Below are positions 62,985-64,000 of a DNA stretch of 64,000 nt, piece after piece. This DNA is from Acidobacteriota bacterium. Its GTDB lineage: Bacteria > Acidobacteriota > Vicinamibacteria > Vicinamibacterales > UBA2999. The stretch is taken from the NCBI GenBank assembly GCA_046726375.1, contig JBKPAJ010000007.1, positions 6,488-70,487 of the forward strand. Direction: 5' to 3'. Positions within the stretch are counted from its first letter, which is position 1, and the number at the start of each line of letters is the position of its first letter. The notes under the pieces were generated by a model. That model was not told the DNA's origin. It saw only the letters and a program-made list of their open reading frames with translations, and searched no databases. Position numbers and translations under genes: made by a program.

Positions 62985-64000
62985 TACCTGACCCGCCGGC
63001 GGCTCGCGGGGACCGGCGAGCGGCTTTGCTGTGGCGCGACGAAAAACCAGTTGTCTCGCGTCAGCGTCGCGCGCGCAGTGTCGTCGAGACCGGCGAAACC
63101 ATAGGCGGTCATCCCGTGGAACACGTTGCTCACGAACTGCGGCCTGGTATCCGGTTCGACCAGAAGGGCGGCGGCACCAGGTGCCGCTGTGCCGTTACGC
63201 CCGAAGGCATTGTGCGCGATGCGCGGCGATGCACCCGACGCGATCGACAGCGCCGCTCCTGGATTGTCATGCACACTGCTGCCGACCATGCCGGCCGCCG
63301 ACCGATCCGAAAACGCGATCGCGACCCTGGTCGCTCCCGTGATCTCGACATCGACGATGGCAAGCGCTGAATTGCGCACGGACACACCGACACCCAGAGG
63401 TGTTGCGGCATCACCGACGATGCGGAAGCCGGAGAGTTCGGCTGTTGCCAGGCCGTCCGCGACAACGGCGGGCTCGCCGTCCAATGCCGTCGCCGGCAGC
63501 CGAATCGTTGCGCCCCGCGGCACCCGGCTGATGACCCGGACATCGTTCTTGAGATTGAGCTGTTCACGGTATTCGCCCGGCTCCACGATCACCTCGCCGC
63601 CGGCTTTGGCACGCGCAATTGCGTCGCTGATCGACTCGGTGGGCTGCACGATCTGTCGTTGCACGTTTTCCTGGAGAGGGGTGAGCGTCGTCGGCGATCC
63701 GAGTGGGAAGCCGGCGCGCGTGGGTGTGAGCAGGACGCCGAGAAGCACAAGCAATAAGACGGTAAAGACGGTATGCAGGTGCCGTTCGCGTTTGGAGGCC
63801 GGGCCGGGGCGGGTGACAGGGACGCGCGCCCTGGCGAACTGGGCTCCCTCGACGTACACGACCGTGACGTTGTCCTTGCCGCCAGCGTCGTTTGCCGCGT
63901 CAATCAGCGCGTCCACCACAGCCTGCGGTTCCCCGGCGAACCGCTCGACGATCTGCCCGATGGCGGCCGAAGAGACGAGATCGCTGAGTCCATCGCTGCA
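62984..64000 (-). CDS. PP2C-family phosphatase (5' part off-window) fused through a TM to a right-handed beta-helix domain
   Basis: Reverse translation of the window end reads CSDGLSDLVSSAAIGQIVERFAGEPQAVVDALIDAANDAGGKDNVTVVYV (PP2C C-terminal motifs). Then TM LHTVFTVLLLVLLGVLL, then repeats such as FRIVGDAATPLGVGVSVRNSALAIVDVEITG. TAATG overlap with the kinase. Confidence 0.8.
   Translation of the reverse strand, partial: CSDGLSDLVSSAAIGQIVERFAGEPQAVVDALIDAANDAGGKDNVTVVYVEGAQFARARVPVTRPGPASKRERHLHTVFTVLLLVLLGVLLTPTRAGFPLGSPTTLTPLQENVQRQIVQPTESISDAIARAKAGGEVIVEPGEYREQLNLKNDVRVISRVPRGATIRLPATALDGEPAVVADGLATAELSGFRIVGDAATPLGVGVSVRNSALAIVDVEITGATRVAIAFSDRSAAGMVGSSVHDNPGAALSIASGASPRIAHNAFGRNGTAAPGAAALLVEPDTRPQFVSNVFHGMTAYGFAGLDDTARATLTRDNWFFVAPQQSRSPVPASRRRVR

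Overview
High-GC bacterial chromosomal segment. The gene content suggests an acidobacterial-type genome: two tandem ADOP-type duplicated FtsX permeases behind a PadR regulator, CarboxypepD_reg-type TonB-dependent receptors and many secreted proteins. I support about 58 protein-coding genes and one multi-frameshifted TonB-receptor pseudogene. I see no rRNA, tRNA, CRISPR, transposase or integrase. Blocks from left to right: (1) cell-wall amidase; (2) ECF sigma module; (3) PepSY / unknown membrane proteins / TonB module; (4) MFS transporter, TonB receptor and a periplasmic MBL hydrolase flanked by two proteins of an unrecognised family; (5) a gentisate-type ring-cleavage operon (MetE-like, FAH hydrolase, maleate isomerase, gentisate 1,2-dioxygenase, Tat esterase, GntR); (6) PadR plus two ADOP permeases; (7) M28 peptidase and CHRD protein; (8) PQQ quinohemoprotein, cytochrome c and an ACIII/Qrc-like complex; (9) MoxR-VWA (Bat-like) operon; (10) 1-Cys peroxiredoxin, NlpC/P60 and pirin; (11) a translationally coupled PP2C / Ser-Thr kinase / SEDS::bPBP fusion / FhaA-like cluster. 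The most unusual signal is not a gene. Most spacers that follow a gene end carry imperfect hairpins whose arms are tandem short 'words' (GGGAGATC, GATGTGGCGATGT, GTTCCAAGTTC, GAGATTTGGA, GCGGACC-N4-GGTCCGC), up to about 0.73 kb long. One such element (20789-20950) sits exactly in frame inside a signal-peptide coding region. All calls come from reading translations by eye; no database search was possible. Hand-indexed repeat coordinates may be off by a few nt.
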